Source: Alphaproteobacteria bacterium
GTDB lineage: Bacteria > Pseudomonadota > Alphaproteobacteria > Micropepsales > Micropepsaceae
Assembly (NCBI GenBank): GCA_947445215.1
Contig: CANFDA010000001.1
Coordinates: forward strand, 1 to 60,373
Reading direction: 5' to 3'
DNA length: 60,373 nt
The position numbers and the translations under genes were made by a program. Below, piece by piece: positions 41,611 through 52,820 of this stretch (positions within the stretch are counted from its first letter, which is position 1; each line of letters begins with the position of its first letter). The notes beneath the pieces were generated by a model, which did no database searches, was not told the origin of the DNA, and saw nothing but the letters and a program-made list of their open reading frames with translations.

Positions 41611-42284
41611 ACCGTGCGCGCCAGGTTGCGGATTTCCATCGCCCGGCCTTCGACCAGCCTGATCTCGAGGCCACGCGTCGCTTCCACCAGCATGTGGTCA
41701 TGGGTGGCGATCAGCACCGTGGTGCCCTGGCGGTTCAGTTCGGCGAAAAGACGGATCAGCTTGGCGCCCATTTCGGGATCGACATTGCCGGTGGGTTCGT
41801 CGGCGATCAGCAGATCGGGCCGCGCCACCACGGCGCGGGCGATGGCGACACGCTGCTGCTCGCCGCCCGACAGAGTCGCGGGCTTAGCGGTCATGCGGTC
41901 GCCCAATCCCACCCAGGACATCAGTTCGAGCACATCACGGTGGTAATCGGCCTCGCGCTTGCCCGCCAGCCGCAGCGGCAGGGCGACATTGTCATAGGCC
42001 GAAAGATGCGAGAGCAGGCGGAAGTCCTGAAAGACAACGCCGATACGGCGGCGCAGCGCGGGCAGGTCGCGGCGGCGCGCCGTCGCCAGATCTTCGCCGA
42101 ACAGGGTGATGAGGCCCCGGGATGGCGGTTCCGCCAGGCAGATCAGCTTCAGCAGCGTGGTCTTGCCCGCGCCGGACAGGCCGGTGAGAAAGGTAAAGGA
42201 GCCCTGTTTCAACTCAAAGCTGACATCGCGCAACACTTCTGGGCCCGCGCCGTAGCGCATACCCACATTTTCGAACCGGACCAT
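41607..42284 (-). CDS. ftsE: Cell division ATPase FtsE
   Basis: GLSGAGKT, RRIGVVFQDFRLL, LSGGEQQR, DEPTGNVD. Confidence 0.95.
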   Translation of the reverse strand: MVRFENVGMRYGAGPEVLRDVSFELKQGSFTFLTGLSGAGKTTLLKLICLAEPPSRGLITLFGEDLATARRRDLPALRRRIGVVFQDFRLLSHLSAYDNVALPLRLAGKREADYHRDVLELMSWVGLGDRMTAKPATLSGGEQQRVAIARAVVARPDLLIADEPTGNVDPEMGAKLIRLFAELNRQGTTVLIATHDHMLVEATRGLEIRLVEGRAMEIRNLARTV

Positions 42285-42363
42285 ATCCGAACTTAGCCTT
42301 TGCTCGCCTTGCGGTCATGGGGCTTTCGCCCCTATTTTCGAGCCCGTTTCCTGCGGCGCCCCG

Positions 42364-43095
42364 ATGATTCTGACCTGCCCCTCCTGCAGCACCCGCTATA
42401 CGGTCGACCCGGCGAAATTTCCCGCCGCCGGCCGCACCGTGCGTTGCGCCAAATGCGGCCATAGCTGGCACCAGCCGGGCCCCGAGGCAGAGATGGAGCC
42501 GGAGTCCGTGACGGCGTTCGACGCGCCGGAAGCCTCCATTCCCGTCGCACCTGCGCCGGTGACGCAGCCGGACGAGAAATTCGCGCCCGCCACCGGCACC
42601 CGCGCCTATGCGCCGGCGGCGCAGGTGCCGCAGGAAAGGCCGCCCCGCGGCCAGGGTTTGCAGACCGCGGCGGTGGCGGCTGGCTGGATCAGCCTGATCG
42701 CGGTGGTGCTGCTGATCGGCTATTCGGCGATGCGCAATCGCCAGGATATCGCCAGCATCTGGCCGCAATCGGCTGGCGTCTATTCCGGCCTAGGCCTGCC
42801 GGTGAACGCCAGCGGCATCGATTTCCGCGACGTTGCCTATCGCCGCGAGGCGGAGGATGGACAGTCGATACTGGTGGTAACGGGCCGCATCGTCAACACC
42901 GCCCAGCGCGAAATGCCGGTGTCGCAGATCGTGCGCGTCGGCCTCAACGAGACCAACAATCGCGAACTCTATCACTGGACCTTCAAGCCCGACGCCACCG
43001 TGCTGAAGCCGGGCGCCGAACTGCCCTTCCGCACGCGACTCTTCAGCCCGCCCGCCGCCGCGCGCTTCGCGGTGGTGACTTTCGCCAAGGACTGA
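42364..43095 (+). CDS. MJ0042-type zinc-ribbon / DUF3426 membrane protein
   Basis: CPSCSTRY..VRCAKCGHSW, Pro-rich linker, TM, C-terminal domain. Confidence 0.85.
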   Translation: MILTCPSCSTRYTVDPAKFPAAGRTVRCAKCGHSWHQPGPEAEMEPESVTAFDAPEASIPVAPAPVTQPDEKFAPATGTRAYAPAAQVPQERPPRGQGLQTAAVAAGWISLIAVVLLIGYSAMRNRQDIASIWPQSAGVYSGLGLPVNASGIDFRDVAYRREAEDGQSILVVTGRIVNTAQREMPVSQIVRVGLNETNNRELYHWTFKPDATVLKPGAELPFRTRLFSPPAAARFAVVTFAKD

Positions 43096-43097
43096 CC

Positions 43098-43619
43098 ATG
43101 AGCGACCTGCCCGCTGTTCTTTATTCGGCCGACGACATCTCGCAGAAGGTGGCGCAGCTGGTGCAGACCCTGGCGGCGCTGCCCGACCGGCCGCAGGTCG
43201 CAGCCCCGGTGCTGGTGGGCGCCTTCGTCTTCGCCGCCGATGTGGTGCGCGCCATGGCGCGCGAGGGCGTGCATCTGGAAACTGAGATGATCTGGCTGCG
43301 CTCCTATGGCAACGAACGCACCGGCAGCGCCATGTCGGTGCTGGCGGCGCCGTCCAACCATGTGAAGGGCAAGCATGTTCTGCTGATCGATGGTGTGCTG
43401 GACAAGGGTCACACCGTGGTGCGCGCCACCAAGCTACTGATGGATGCGGGCGCGGCTTCGGTAAAGACGGTGGTGGCAATCGACAAGCTGCACAGCGACG
43501 CCGTCGCCAAGGCCGATTACGCGCTCTACACCGGAGTGAAGGATTTCATCGTGGGCTATGGCATGGATGACGCGGGTAAGTATCGCGCGCTGCCCTATAT
43601 CGGCAAAGTGACGATCTAG
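43098..43619 (+). CDS. hpt: Hypoxanthine phosphoribosyltransferase-like protein
   Basis: GAFVFAAD, VLLIDGVLDKGHT, FIVGYGMD..RALP. Confidence 0.8.
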   Translation: MSDLPAVLYSADDISQKVAQLVQTLAALPDRPQVAAPVLVGAFVFAADVVRAMAREGVHLETEMIWLRSYGNERTGSAMSVLAAPSNHVKGKHVLLIDGVLDKGHTVVRATKLLMDAGAASVKTVVAIDKLHSDAVAKADYALYTGVKDFIVGYGMDDAGKYRALPYIGKVTI

Positions 43620-45967
43620 AAGTTCTTCAACAGCCGGTCGATATAATCCCGCTCTTCCTGCGGCCGGCCCATCTCGCCAGCTCTGCGGCGCAGCTCTTCG
43701 AGAATTGCGCGGGCTCGCGCCAGCGCCGAGGCGTCGGGTATCTTCACCTGGTTGCTGCTGTTGGTGCCCCGGCCAAGGGGGTCGCTGCGGTCCGCCGAAG
43801 GTTGGCCGCTTTCGCGCCGCGCCTGTTCCGCCAATTGCTGCTGCGCCTGGCTCATCGCCTGAAGCGCCTGCTGCTGCACCTGGCGCGCGCCATCCAGATC
43901 GCCCTTCTGCAAAGCATTGCGCGACTGCTGCATGGCGCGGGCGGCGTCGCCCATCTTGCCAGTCAGCTTGGGATCGACGCCCTTGCCCGCTTCGCCCAGT
44001 TGCTGCTGCAAGCGCTGCTGCTGCTGCGCCAGGCCCTGCGTGCCGCCATCCTTGGGATCGCCTTGGCCCTGGCCCTGGCGGAAGGTCTTGTCCAGCAAGC
44101 CACGCTGCTGGCCCATGGTCTCACCCAGCTTGTTCATGGCGTCGCCCAGCGCCTTGTTGCCCTGCTGGCCCTGACTCTGGCCGTTCTGGCCCTGGGTCAT
44201 GCGCATATTCTCCAGCATGTTCTGCAGCATCGCAAGCATCTGAGCCGCCTGCTCGCGCTGGCCGGCTTCCGAGAGCTGCTTGATCATGTCCATCATCTTC
44301 TGGATGTCGTCCTGACCCACGCTGACGGCATTCTCGTTCTGCTGCTGCTCGCCCGGCGGCGAGGGATTGGCGGCCAGCGCCTCCATGTAGCGCTGCATGG
44401 CCTGGTTGTAGCGTTGCAGCAGCTGTTCGATCTGGTCCTGCGGCGCGCCATTGGCCATCGCCTGGTTGAGCAGCACCTGCAGGCGTCGCAGCTCCTCGGC
44501 GGCATTGAGCAGCCCACCGCGCTCCAGCGCGATGGCAGTGTCCCACAGAAGTTCGGAGGCACGGTTGAGGTCGCCCTGAACCTTGGCGCCCAGGATGCCG
44601 GTGCGCGCGGTGCGGATGGCCAGATAGGCGGGGCGCTTGCTGTCGAAGAATTTCTCGGCCGCGATGGTGAAGGCCACCAGCATTTCGGCCACGGCGCGGC
44701 GGGCGGCGGCGTTCGGCGCGGCGGCGAGGTTCTGGCGCTGCTCCACCAGCGCGCGGGCCAGCGGATCGGTGAAGACGCGCGCAGGCAGGGTGAAGCTGAT
44801 CGGCGCGCTGAGCGTGCGCTGGCCGGCGCCATCGCGTGCTTCCATCCAGGCGTCGACCGGCATGCCGGCATAGGCGTTGCCGGTGAGATCGGCATAGCTG
44901 GTTACTTCGAACGCCTTGCCGGCGCTGCCTTCCAGAGGCACGCGGATGGACGGCGCGCCGGGCCGGTTCTTTGGCGCCATGATCACCGCCACCTGCGTCA
45001 CGCCATAATCGTCCGACGCCTTGTAGGTGAAGGCCATCGCCAGCTGCTCTGTCCGCTTGGGCGCGCCCACGAAGGCGATCTGCGGCGCGGCGTCGGGAAT
45101 GACGTTCACGCGCCAGTCGGCCAGGACATGGCCCGCCACCCGCACCCGCACGCGCCCGTCATGGCGGATGACCGCGGTGGCGGCATAATCGCCGTCGCTG
45201 CCGGCGAAGCGATTGGCGCGGTTGCTGCCCACGGTGAAGCCCGGCGCCTGCGGCGCGCCATGGACGCGCAAATTGAGCACAGAGCCCACCGGAATGGCGA
45301 CGCTGCCATCGCCCGGCGTCACCGGCGTCAGGGCAAGACCCGTGTAGGCGGGCGGATCGATCCAGGCGTCGATGCCCGCTTCGCTCTGGCTAACAAAGGC
45401 GGAGGTCAGGCGATCCGCGAAATCATTGCGGGCCACCACGACGCTCACCGCCAGCAGGATCACCAGATACCAGCGCAGGGCCTTGGGGTCCTTGGCCGCC
45501 ATATCGGCCAGCGGCACCGTCAGCCGCAAACTTCCCAGCTTTGCCATGCGGGCGCGGTGCGCGGCCCAAAGCTGTGCGGTGATGGGATCACCGCTTTGCG
45601 GCAAGACATCGTCGCGTTCGGAAATGGGACGATGCGCAAGTTTACTGTCGCGCTCCAGCCTGCGCGCGCCTTCGAAGGCGCCGGGCCAGGCGAAGGCTTC
45701 GAAGCCGCGAACCAGCGCCAGGGCGACAGCGGTGACCGCGCCCGCCAGCAGCAGCGATTGCGCTTCCCATGGGATGTAACAGAACAGGCCAAACAAAGCG
45801 GCGGCGAGATAGAGCCCGGCGAAACCGATGGCGGGCCACAGCTCGGGCAGCAGGCGTTCAAACGCGACGCTGGCGCGCGCCCAGATAATATTCTGGGCGA
45901 TGCGGCGGTCCAGAGGATCAGCCGGCCAACCAGTCGGGAATTTTATCCTGCGCGATAAGATCGTCAT
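43616..45967 (-). CDS. TIGR02302/DUF4175 family protein
   Basis: AWIDPPAYTG, DDYG, LARALVEQR, Q-rich region, DPLGR, ERDYIDRLL. Confidence 0.9.
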   Translation of the reverse strand: MTILSRRIKFPTGWPADPLDRRIAQNIIWARASVAFERLLPELWPAIGFAGLYLAAALFGLFCYIPWEAQSLLLAGAVTAVALALVRGFEAFAWPGAFEGARRLERDSKLAHRPISERDDVLPQSGDPITAQLWAAHRARMAKLGSLRLTVPLADMAAKDPKALRWYLVILLAVSVVVARNDFADRLTSAFVSQSEAGIDAWIDPPAYTGLALTPVTPGDGSVAIPVGSVLNLRVHGAPQAPGFTVGSNRANRFAGSDGDYAATAVIRHDGRVRVRVAGHVLADWRVNVIPDAAPQIAFVGAPKRTEQLAMAFTYKASDDYGVTQVAVIMAPKNRPGAPSIRVPLEGSAGKAFEVTSYADLTGNAYAGMPVDAWMEARDGAGQRTLSAPISFTLPARVFTDPLARALVEQRQNLAAAPNAAARRAVAEMLVAFTIAAEKFFDSKRPAYLAIRTARTGILGAKVQGDLNRASELLWDTAIALERGGLLNAAEELRRLQVLLNQAMANGAPQDQIEQLLQRYNQAMQRYMEALAANPSPPGEQQQNENAVSVGQDDIQKMMDMIKQLSEAGQREQAAQMLAMLQNMLENMRMTQGQNGQSQGQQGNKALGDAMNKLGETMGQQRGLLDKTFRQGQGQGDPKDGGTQGLAQQQQRLQQQLGEAGKGVDPKLTGKMGDAARAMQQSRNALQKGDLDGARQVQQQALQAMSQAQQQLAEQARRESGQPSADRSDPLGRGTNSSNQVKIPDASALARARAILEELRRRAGEMGRPQEERDYIDRLLKNF

Positions 45968-47186
45968 GGCGGAGCCTGGGTCGTACAATGGCCCATTCCG
46001 TGCCCGAGACCAACACTTCCGGCGCGGGCGGACGGGCATTGTAGGTGCTGGCCATGGTGGCGCCATACGCGCCGGCCGAAAGGATCGCCACCAAATCGCC
46101 CGAATTCAGTTCCGGCAAATCCCGCCCGGCGGCGAAAAGATCGGAGGTTTCGCAGACCGGTCCCACCACATCATAGGGCACTCGTTCCGAGCCCGGTCCG
46201 GGTTCCTCTACCGCCACGATCTCGTGATGGGCGTCGTACATGGCGGGGCGGATCAGATCATTCATCCCCGCATCTAGGATCAAGAAGGTCTTGGCATCGC
46301 CCTTCTTCAAATACAGCACCTTGGAGACCAGCACGCCAGCATTGGCGGCGATCAGGCGGCCCGGTTCAAAGATGAGGCGGCATTCGAGATCGCCGGTGAC
46401 GCGCGCCACCATCTTGCCATAGGCGATCGGATCGGGCGGCGGCATGTTGTTATTCTGATACGGCACACCCAGCCCACCGCCCAGATCGAGGCGGGTGATG
46501 CTGTGGCCGTCGGCGCGCAGTGTCTTGGCCAGTTCGGCCACCTTGGTGAAGGCGGCCTCGAACGGCTCCAGCTCGGTGAGCTGGCTGCCGATATGCACAT
46601 CGATCCCTACGATCTCGACATTGTGCAGCGCTGCGGCTTGAGCGTAAGCGGCGCGGGCATGCTTGAAGGGGATGCCGAACTTGGTTTCCGCCTTACCGGT
46701 GGTGATCTTGGCGTGGGTCTTGGCGTCGACATCGGGATTGATGCGCAGCGTGATGGGCGCGATCTTGTTCAGTTCGCGCGCCACTTCGTCCAGCGCCAGC
46801 AATTCCGGCTCGCTCTCGACATTGAACTGGTAGATGCCGGCGGTGAGCGCCTGGTGCATTTCTTCCTTGGTCTTGCCGACGCCGGAGAAGACGATCTTCG
46901 ACGCGGGTATGCCCGCCGCCAATGCCTTGGCCATTTCGCCGCCGGAAACGACGTCGGCGCCCGCGCCCAGCAGCGCCAGCGTCTTCAACACGCCAAGATT
47001 GCCATTGGCCTTGACCGAAAAGGCCACCAGCGAATCCTTGGGCAACGCGCCGGAGAAGACCTTGTAGTGCCGCTCCAGCGTGGCACGGGAATAGCAATAG
47101 AAAGGCGTGCCGACCCAATCCGCCAACGCGGTCAGACTCACATCCTCAGCATGGAGCGTGCCGTTCTTATAGCCGAAATGATTCAT
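45918..47186 (-). CDS. lysA: Diaminopimelate decarboxylase
   Basis: SVKAN, DVVSGGE, HIGSQ, DLGGG, EPGR, GPVCETSD, AGAYG. Confidence 0.97.
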   Translation of the reverse strand: MNHFGYKNGTLHAEDVSLTALADWVGTPFYCYSRATLERHYKVFSGALPKDSLVAFSVKANGNLGVLKTLALLGAGADVVSGGEMAKALAAGIPASKIVFSGVGKTKEEMHQALTAGIYQFNVESEPELLALDEVARELNKIAPITLRINPDVDAKTHAKITTGKAETKFGIPFKHARAAYAQAAALHNVEIVGIDVHIGSQLTELEPFEAAFTKVAELAKTLRADGHSITRLDLGGGLGVPYQNNNMPPPDPIAYGKMVARVTGDLECRLIFEPGRLIAANAGVLVSKVLYLKKGDAKTFLILDAGMNDLIRPAMYDAHHEIVAVEEPGPGSERVPYDVVGPVCETSDLFAAGRDLPELNSGDLVAILSAGAYGATMASTYNARPPAPEVLVSGTEWAIVRPRLRHDDLIAQDKIPDWLAG

Positions 47187-47347
47187 CTCGTATCCCGTTT
47201 CCGAAATTCAATTTTTTATATCTGGCACTTTCGAATTTCGGAATCGAAAGGACACGAGAAATTTAATAATTCTAGCGTCGTTTCGGTTTCGAATTTCTCT
47301 TGGTTCCCGATATCGAAGATAGGCGAACTTCGAAACCACGACGCTAG
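47186..47347 (-). other. AT-rich tandem double hairpin between lptM and lysA
   Basis: Inverted repeats at 47272-47347 and 47186-47259, separated by AATTTAATAATT. Confidence 0.8.
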
Positions 47348-47484
47348 CGACCTGTCTGGTTCGGCGGCAGCGAGGGGTCGCGCTCGGTCATGGCGTTGGG
47401 CTGGCCGTTGGGCTTGGCCAGGTTGTTCTTCAGGCCGCAAGCCGCCAGTGACGCAATCAACGCGAGCAGAATGATCTTCCTCAA
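47344..47484 (-). CDS. lptM: Small lipoprotein, LptM/YifL-like
   Basis: TTG start overlapping the argH stop; [18 protein letters not shown]; conserved argH-lipoprotein-lysA order. Confidence 0.7.
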   Translation of the reverse strand: MRKIILLALIASLAACGLKNNLAKPNGQPNAMTERDPSLPPNQTGR

Positions 47485-48863
47485 CGGAGTTTCTCCCGCC
47501 ACTGGAAGAGCTGCTCGGCGACGCGCACCGGCGCGGTGCCGCCCAGGCTCATGCGCGAATTGACCGAAGATTCCAGCGACAGAACCTTGAAAACATCCTC
47601 GGTGATGGCGGGATCGACGCTTTGCATGTCGGCCAGCGAAAGCTGCTCCAGCCGCACGCCTTTGTCTTCCGCCAGCTTCACGATGCTGCCCGAAATGTGA
47701 TGCGCTTCGCGGAACGGCTTCTTCAGCGCCTTCACCACCCAGTCGGCTAGATCGGTGGCGGTGGAATAGCCGGCCTCGCATGCGGCGCGCATCCGTTCCG
47801 GCTGCGCCGTCAAGTCGGCGATCATCGCCGCCATCGCGGCCAGCGACAATTCCAGCGTGTCGGCGGCGTCGAAGACGCGCTCTTTGTCTTCCTGGAGGTC
47901 GGTGCCATAGCTCAGCACCAGGCCCTTCACCACTGTGGCCAGCGCCACGAAGTCGCCCAGCACACGGCCCGATTTGCCGCGAATGAGTTCGGCGGCATCC
48001 GGGTTGCGCTTCTGCGGCATGATCGAGGAGCCGGTGGTGAAAGCGTCCGACAGCTTCACGAAACCGAAAGCCTGGGTCGACCATTGCACCAGCTCGCCCG
48101 CCAGCCGCGACAAGGTGATGGCGCAGATAGTGCAGGCCGCCAAATATTCTAGCGCGAAGTCGCGCGCCGAGATCGCGTCCATCGAATTGCGCATCGGCCG
48201 CGTGAAGCCCAGCGCCAGCGCGGTGGCATCGCGGTCGATGGGATAGGGCGTGCCCGCCAGCGCCGCAGCGCCCAGCGGACATTCATTGAGGCGCTTGCGC
48301 GCATCATCGAAGCGGCCGCGGTCGCGGTTGAAGGCTTCGACATAGGCCAGCATGTGATGGCCGAACGTCACCGGCTGCGCCACCTGCATGTGGGTGAAGC
48401 CCGGCATGATGGTAGCGGCGTGCTTCTCGGCCTGGGCGAACAGCGCCTTCTGCAATGCGAACAGCCCGGCATCGGCGCGCTCGCAGGCGCCCCGCACCCA
48501 CAGGCGGAAATCGGTCACCACCTGGTCGTTGCGCGAGCGGGCCGTGTGCAGCCGTCCGGCGCCGGGGCCGATGATTTCGGTCAGCCGCGCTTCGATGTTG
48601 AGATGGATGTCCTCCAGCTCGCGCTTGAAGACGAACTCGCCCTTGGCGATTTCTTTTTCGATCTGGTCCAGGCCTTTGAGGATGGCGCTGGCGTCATCCT
48701 TCGGGATGATGCCTTCCGCCCCCAGCATGCGGACATGGGCGCGCGACCCGGCCAGGTCTTCCTTGGCCATGCGCTTGTCGAAATCGATGGACGGGGTAAT
48801 CTCCCGCATGATCTCGGCAGGTCCGGCGGCAAACCGGCCGCCCCACATCTTGTTGCTGCTCAT
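47481..48863 (-). CDS. argH: Argininosuccinate lyase
   Basis: [35 protein letters not shown]. Confidence 0.97.
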   Translation of the reverse strand: MSSNKMWGGRFAAGPAEIMREITPSIDFDKRMAKEDLAGSRAHVRMLGAEGIIPKDDASAILKGLDQIEKEIAKGEFVFKRELEDIHLNIEARLTEIIGPGAGRLHTARSRNDQVVTDFRLWVRGACERADAGLFALQKALFAQAEKHAATIMPGFTHMQVAQPVTFGHHMLAYVEAFNRDRGRFDDARKRLNECPLGAAALAGTPYPIDRDATALALGFTRPMRNSMDAISARDFALEYLAACTICAITLSRLAGELVQWSTQAFGFVKLSDAFTTGSSIMPQKRNPDAAELIRGKSGRVLGDFVALATVVKGLVLSYGTDLQEDKERVFDAADTLELSLAAMAAMIADLTAQPERMRAACEAGYSTATDLADWVVKALKKPFREAHHISGSIVKLAEDKGVRLEQLSLADMQSVDPAITEDVFKVLSLESSVNSRMSLGGTAPVRVAEQLFQWREKLR

Positions 48864-48899
48864 TACTCTTTTGCCTGTCTCGGGCGTCCAGGAATTGTC

Positions 48900-49430
48900 A
48901 TGATCAAGCTCAAAGCCTTAGCGCTCAGTCTGGTTGTTCTATACGGCGCGGGGGCCGCGCCTGTCCACGCGGCAACAGCCATGCCAAAGCAGCTGGCCGC
49001 CGAAAAACCCGCAAAAGCCGCGCCTGCCGTGACCTTCACCGATGGCAAGGGCGCCAAGCACACCTTGAAGGAATTCCAGGGCAAATACGTGCTGGTGAAT
49101 CTGTGGGCGGCCTGGTGCGCGCCCTGCGTGGCGGAGCTTCCGGCCCTGGCCCGGCTCAAGGCGGCGGCGCCCAATATCCATGTCTTGGCGGTGGACCTGA
49201 CCGGCAAGGCCCAGACCCCGGCCAAGTCGCTGGCCTTCCTGCGGGAGCACAAGGCCGCTTCGCTGGGCGCCTATGTCGATACCGAGCGGATGTTCATGCG
49301 CGGCTTCCTGGCGGTAGTGATGCCGACCACGGTGTTGATCGATCTGCAGGGCAAAGTCGTAGCCCGCGCTGAAGGCCCGGCGGAGTGGGCGTCGCCGCAG
49401 TTTGTGAATTATTTCAAGAGTCTGAAATAA
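48900..49430 (+). CDS. TlpA-family thiol-disulfide oxidoreductase
   Basis: N-terminal signal/anchor; [16 protein letters not shown]; MPTTVLID. Confidence 0.9.
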   Translation: MIKLKALALSLVVLYGAGAAPVHAATAMPKQLAAEKPAKAAPAVTFTDGKGAKHTLKEFQGKYVLVNLWAAWCAPCVAELPALARLKAAAPNIHVLAVDLTGKAQTPAKSLAFLREHKAASLGAYVDTERMFMRGFLAVVMPTTVLIDLQGKVVARAEGPAEWASPQFVNYFKSLK

Positions 49431-49442
49431 GAAATCCCAACT

Positions 49443-49528
49443 TGTCATTCCCGCGAACGCGGGAATCCAGAGACACATGCGACGTCGTTTGGTGGGAGGC
49501 CTGGATGCCCGCTTGCGCGCGCATGACA
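49443..49528. repeat. Family B repeat copy
   Basis: TGTCATTCCCGCGAACGCGGGAATCCA...TGGATGCCCGCTTGCGCGCGCATGACA; between convergent genes. Confidence 0.85.
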
Positions 49529-49536
49529 GATAATCG

Positions 49537-50412
49537 TTACCGCGTCGGCACGGGATGTTCCCCGCGATAGTCATAGAAGCCGCGACCCGTCTTGCGGCCC
49601 AGCCAGCCGGCTTCGACATACTTCACCAGGAGCGGGCAGGGTCGGTACTTTGAATCCGCCAGCCCCTCATAGAGCACCTGCATTACGCTGAGACAGGTAT
49701 CGAGGCCGATAAAGTCAGCCAGTTGCAGCGGTCCCATGGGATGGTTGGCGCCCAATCGCATTGCGGTGTCAATGGCATCAACGTTGCCGACTCCTTCATA
49801 CAGCGTGTAGATCGCTTCATTGATCATTGGCAGCAGAATTCGGTTGACGATAAAAGCCGGGAAGTCTTCGGCGTAAGCCGCGGTCTTGCCCACCTTCTTC
49901 ACGATCTCTAGCGCCGCCTGGAAGGTGGCGCCATTAGTGGCGATGCCGCGGATCACTTCCACCAGCTGCATCAGCGGCACCGGATTCATGAAGTGGAGGC
50001 CGATGAATCGCTCCGGCCGGTCGGTGGCTGACGCCAGGCGCGTCACCGAGATCGATGAGGTGTTGGTAGCGAGGATGGTGTGGTCGGAAACGCGGGTGCA
50101 AAGGTCTTTGAAGATCGCCTTCTTGACCTTTTCATCCTCGGTCGCGGCTTCGATCACCAGGTCATGGTCGCGCAGATCGTCCAGTGTCTGGGTGGTGCGG
50201 ATGCGCGCCAGCGCGGGCGCGATCTGGTCTTCTGTAATGACGCCCTTGGCGGCCTGGCGCCGCATGTTCTTCTCGATGCGCTCCAGCGCCTTGCCCGGCG
50301 CATCCTTGTTGATGTCGTCAAGCGTGACGGCATAACCCGCCAGCGCCAGCACATGCGCGATGCCGGTGCCCATCTGTCCAGCGCCGATGACGCCGATTTT
50401 TTTCACTGCCAT
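49537..50412 (-). CDS. hbd: 3-hydroxybutyryl-CoA dehydrogenase
   Basis: [37 protein letters not shown]. Confidence 0.93.
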   Translation of the reverse strand: MAVKKIGVIGAGQMGTGIAHVLALAGYAVTLDDINKDAPGKALERIEKNMRRQAAKGVITEDQIAPALARIRTTQTLDDLRDHDLVIEAATEDEKVKKAIFKDLCTRVSDHTILATNTSSISVTRLASATDRPERFIGLHFMNPVPLMQLVEVIRGIATNGATFQAALEIVKKVGKTAAYAEDFPAFIVNRILLPMINEAIYTLYEGVGNVDAIDTAMRLGANHPMGPLQLADFIGLDTCLSVMQVLYEGLADSKYRPCPLLVKYVEAGWLGRKTGRGFYDYRGEHPVPTR

Positions 50413-50418
50413 GTGCTG

Positions 50419-51372
50419 TTACGCCTTTTGTCCGATGCCACGCTTCGCAATTTCGTCGTTCAGTTCGGGGATCGCCTGAAACAGATCCGCCACCAGGCCG
50501 TAATCGGCGATCTGGAAGATAGGCGCTTCGCTGTCCTTGTTGATGGCGGCGATCACCCGCGAATCCTTCATGCCCGCCAGATGCTGGATGGCGCCGGAAA
50601 TGCCGATGGCCAGATAAAGATCGGGCGCCACGGCCTTGCCAGTCTGGCCGACCTGGAAATCATTGGGGAGATAGCCCGCATCCACCGCCGCGCGCGACGC
50701 GCCCACCGCTGCGCCCAGGCGGTCGGCTATCTGGTCCAGTAGCTTGAAATTCTCGGCGCTGCCCAGGCCGCGCCCGCCGGAAATGACGATCTTCGCCGAA
50801 GTGAGATCCGGCCGCTCCGACTTGGAAAGGTTTTCGTCCACGAAGCGGGAAAGGCCGGGATCAGTGGCAGTGGAAATCATCTCCACCCTGGCGTTGCCGC
50901 CCGTTGCGGCGGCCTTGAAGGCGGTGGTACGCACGGTGATGATCTTCTTGCCCGGAGGCGCCTGCACGGTTTCGATAGCGTTGCCGGCATAGATCGGACG
51001 CTCGAAGGTGTCTGGCGACACCACGGCGATGATTTCCGAAATCTGTGGCACATCCAGCTTGGCCGCCACGCGCGGCAGGTAATTCTTGCCGGTGGTGGTG
51101 GCCGGCGCGAGGATCGCATCATACGTGTCCGCGTGCCCGAGGATCAGCGTCTCCATATTCTCCGCCAGCATGCGCGCATAGAGCGCGTCATCCGCCAGCA
51201 GCACCTTTTCCACGCCCGCGATCTTCGCGGCGGCGTCCGCCACGGCGGCGCAATCCTGGCCCGCGACTAGTATATGCACGGGCGATGAAACCAAAGCCGC
51301 CGCCGTCACCGTCTTGGCGGTTGCGTCGTTCAGCGTCTTGTTGTCGTGCTCTGCGATGACGAGTGCCGTCAT
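50419..51372 (-). CDS. etfA: Electron transfer flavoprotein alpha subunit
   Basis: [39 protein letters not shown]. Confidence 0.96.
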   Translation of the reverse strand: MTALVIAEHDNKTLNDATAKTVTAAALVSSPVHILVAGQDCAAVADAAAKIAGVEKVLLADDALYARMLAENMETLILGHADTYDAILAPATTTGKNYLPRVAAKLDVPQISEIIAVVSPDTFERPIYAGNAIETVQAPPGKKIITVRTTAFKAAATGGNARVEMISTATDPGLSRFVDENLSKSERPDLTSAKIVISGGRGLGSAENFKLLDQIADRLGAAVGASRAAVDAGYLPNDFQVGQTGKAVAPDLYLAIGISGAIQHLAGMKDSRVIAAINKDSEAPIFQIADYGLVADLFQAIPELNDEIAKRGIGQKA

Positions 51373-52118
51373 GTCACCACCCCCGCTTCCACCAGCTTGT
51401 CGACTAGTTCGGCCACCGTCTTCACCTTCACGCCACCGGCGCGCTTGGCGGGCTCGGCCACCTTCAGCACCTTGCAGCGCGGCGTCACGTCCACGCCCAG
51501 ATCGCCGGGCGATTTTTCCGCGACGGGCTTCTTCTTCGCCTTCATGATGTTGGGCAGCGAGGCATAGCGCGGCTGGTTCAGCCGCAGATCGGTGGTCACC
51601 ACGGCGGGCAGCTTCAGCGACACGGTCTGCAGGCCGCCATCGATCTCGCGCGCCACTTTGATAGTGCCATCGGAGAGTTCGAGGCTGTGGGCGAAGGTGC
51701 CCTGGCCCCAGCCCAGCAGCGCGGCCAGCATCTGGCCGGTCTGGTTGGCGTCGCTGTCGATCGCCTGTTTGCCGGTGAGAACCAGGCCGGGCTTTTCTTC
51801 GTCGCAAATCGCCTTCAGCAGCTTGGCCACCGCCAGCGGTTCGACGGGACCTTCAACCTTCACCAGAATGCCGCGGTCACCGCCCATGGCCAGAGCGGTA
51901 CGGATGGTGTCCAGCGCCTGGGCGGGACCGACGGAAACGATGACAACTTCCGTCGCCTTGCCGCTTTCCTTCATCTTCACAGCCGCCTCGACCGCGATCT
52001 CGTCGAAGGGGTTCATGGACATTTTGAGATTGGCGAGGTCCACCCCGCTCTGGTCCGCTTTCACGCGCACCTTCACGTTATAGTCGATCACCCGCTTTAC
52101 GGGCACCAGGACCTTCAT
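51369..52118 (-). CDS. etfB: Electron transfer flavoprotein beta subunit
   Basis: [41 protein letters not shown]. Confidence 0.96.
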   Translation of the reverse strand: MKVLVPVKRVIDYNVKVRVKADQSGVDLANLKMSMNPFDEIAVEAAVKMKESGKATEVVIVSVGPAQALDTIRTALAMGGDRGILVKVEGPVEPLAVAKLLKAICDEEKPGLVLTGKQAIDSDANQTGQMLAALLGWGQGTFAHSLELSDGTIKVAREIDGGLQTVSLKLPAVVTTDLRLNQPRYASLPNIMKAKKKPVAEKSPGDLGVDVTPRCKVLKVAEPAKRAGGVKVKTVAELVDKLVEAGVVT

Positions 52119-52171
52119 GGCGTTGCTGTTTCCCCAGTTCCGGCTCTTGCCGTGTTTATTTTGCGGCGCAA

Positions 52172-52200
52172 AAACTAGGCTTTGACCGCCCAGCCGTCAA
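52172..52200 (-). promoter_or_regulatory. Sigma70-type promoter of etfBA-hbd
   Basis: TTGACG-N17-TAGTTT. Confidence 0.55.
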
Positions 52201-52226
52201 CGAAACGCGCCCACCCGCCTTCGCAG

Positions 52227-52811
52227 ATGCAACAAATGATGATATGCGTCAAAACGCCGCCATTCAGCAATGGGAGGCTTTCGCAGCTCTACCTCTTTCC
52301 CGCGTCGCGCTCGCTGTCGCCGTTCCTGTGGTCCGATATTCTTCGTTTCATGACGCTGGCGCCTGCCGACACCCGCGCGCTGGAAAGCGCCCCGCCCGGG
52401 CTGGCGGTGCCGATTCATGCGGCCTCGTTCCACATGCCGTGGCTCACCGAAGCCAGCGGCTTCGCCGCTTGCTGCTCCTTCTTGATGCGCAAGGGCGGCG
52501 CGCTGCCGGTGGAAAGCTTTGCCGCCGCGCATTACATCGCCACGCTCGCCCATGACGCTGTGCGCCGGGTGGACAGGGTGCAGCCTGCGCTGGCGCGCCT
52601 GACGCCGCGCCAGCGCAACTGCATGGTGCTGGCGGCACAAGGAAAGAGCGACTGGGAAATCGGCAAGCTGCTGGGGATCAGCGAAACCACCGTGCACAAG
52701 CACATCGAGGATGCGAAGCGCCGCTTCGGCGTCTCGACGCGGATTCAGCTTGTTGTGAGAGGTTTGGCCGAAGCCCGTTTGAGATTCACGGATATCCTCG
52801 GGAAGTCTTAA
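52227..52811 (+). pseudogene. LuxR-family regulator with truncated ligand-binding domain
   Basis: Intact HTH LTPRQ..GKSDWEIG..LGISETTV..H..AKRR; only PFLWSD and GLAVP remnants upstream; no credible start. Confidence 0.6.
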
Positions 52812-52820
52812 TTTAATTGA

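Noticed and set aside
43802-45958. 718-aa plus-strand ORF, and similar long ORFs such as 27744-29315, 38006-39316 and 6814-8031
   Set aside because: Antisense shadows of real genes in high-GC DNA; no recognisable motifs.
47186-47347. Lysine riboswitch upstream of lysA
   Set aside because: No recognisable L-box architecture; two simple hairpins instead (kept as a separate finding).
52182-52811. Functional quorum-sensing system
   Set aside because: No luxI nearby; the ligand domain is incomplete and the tracked start overlaps the etfB promoter.
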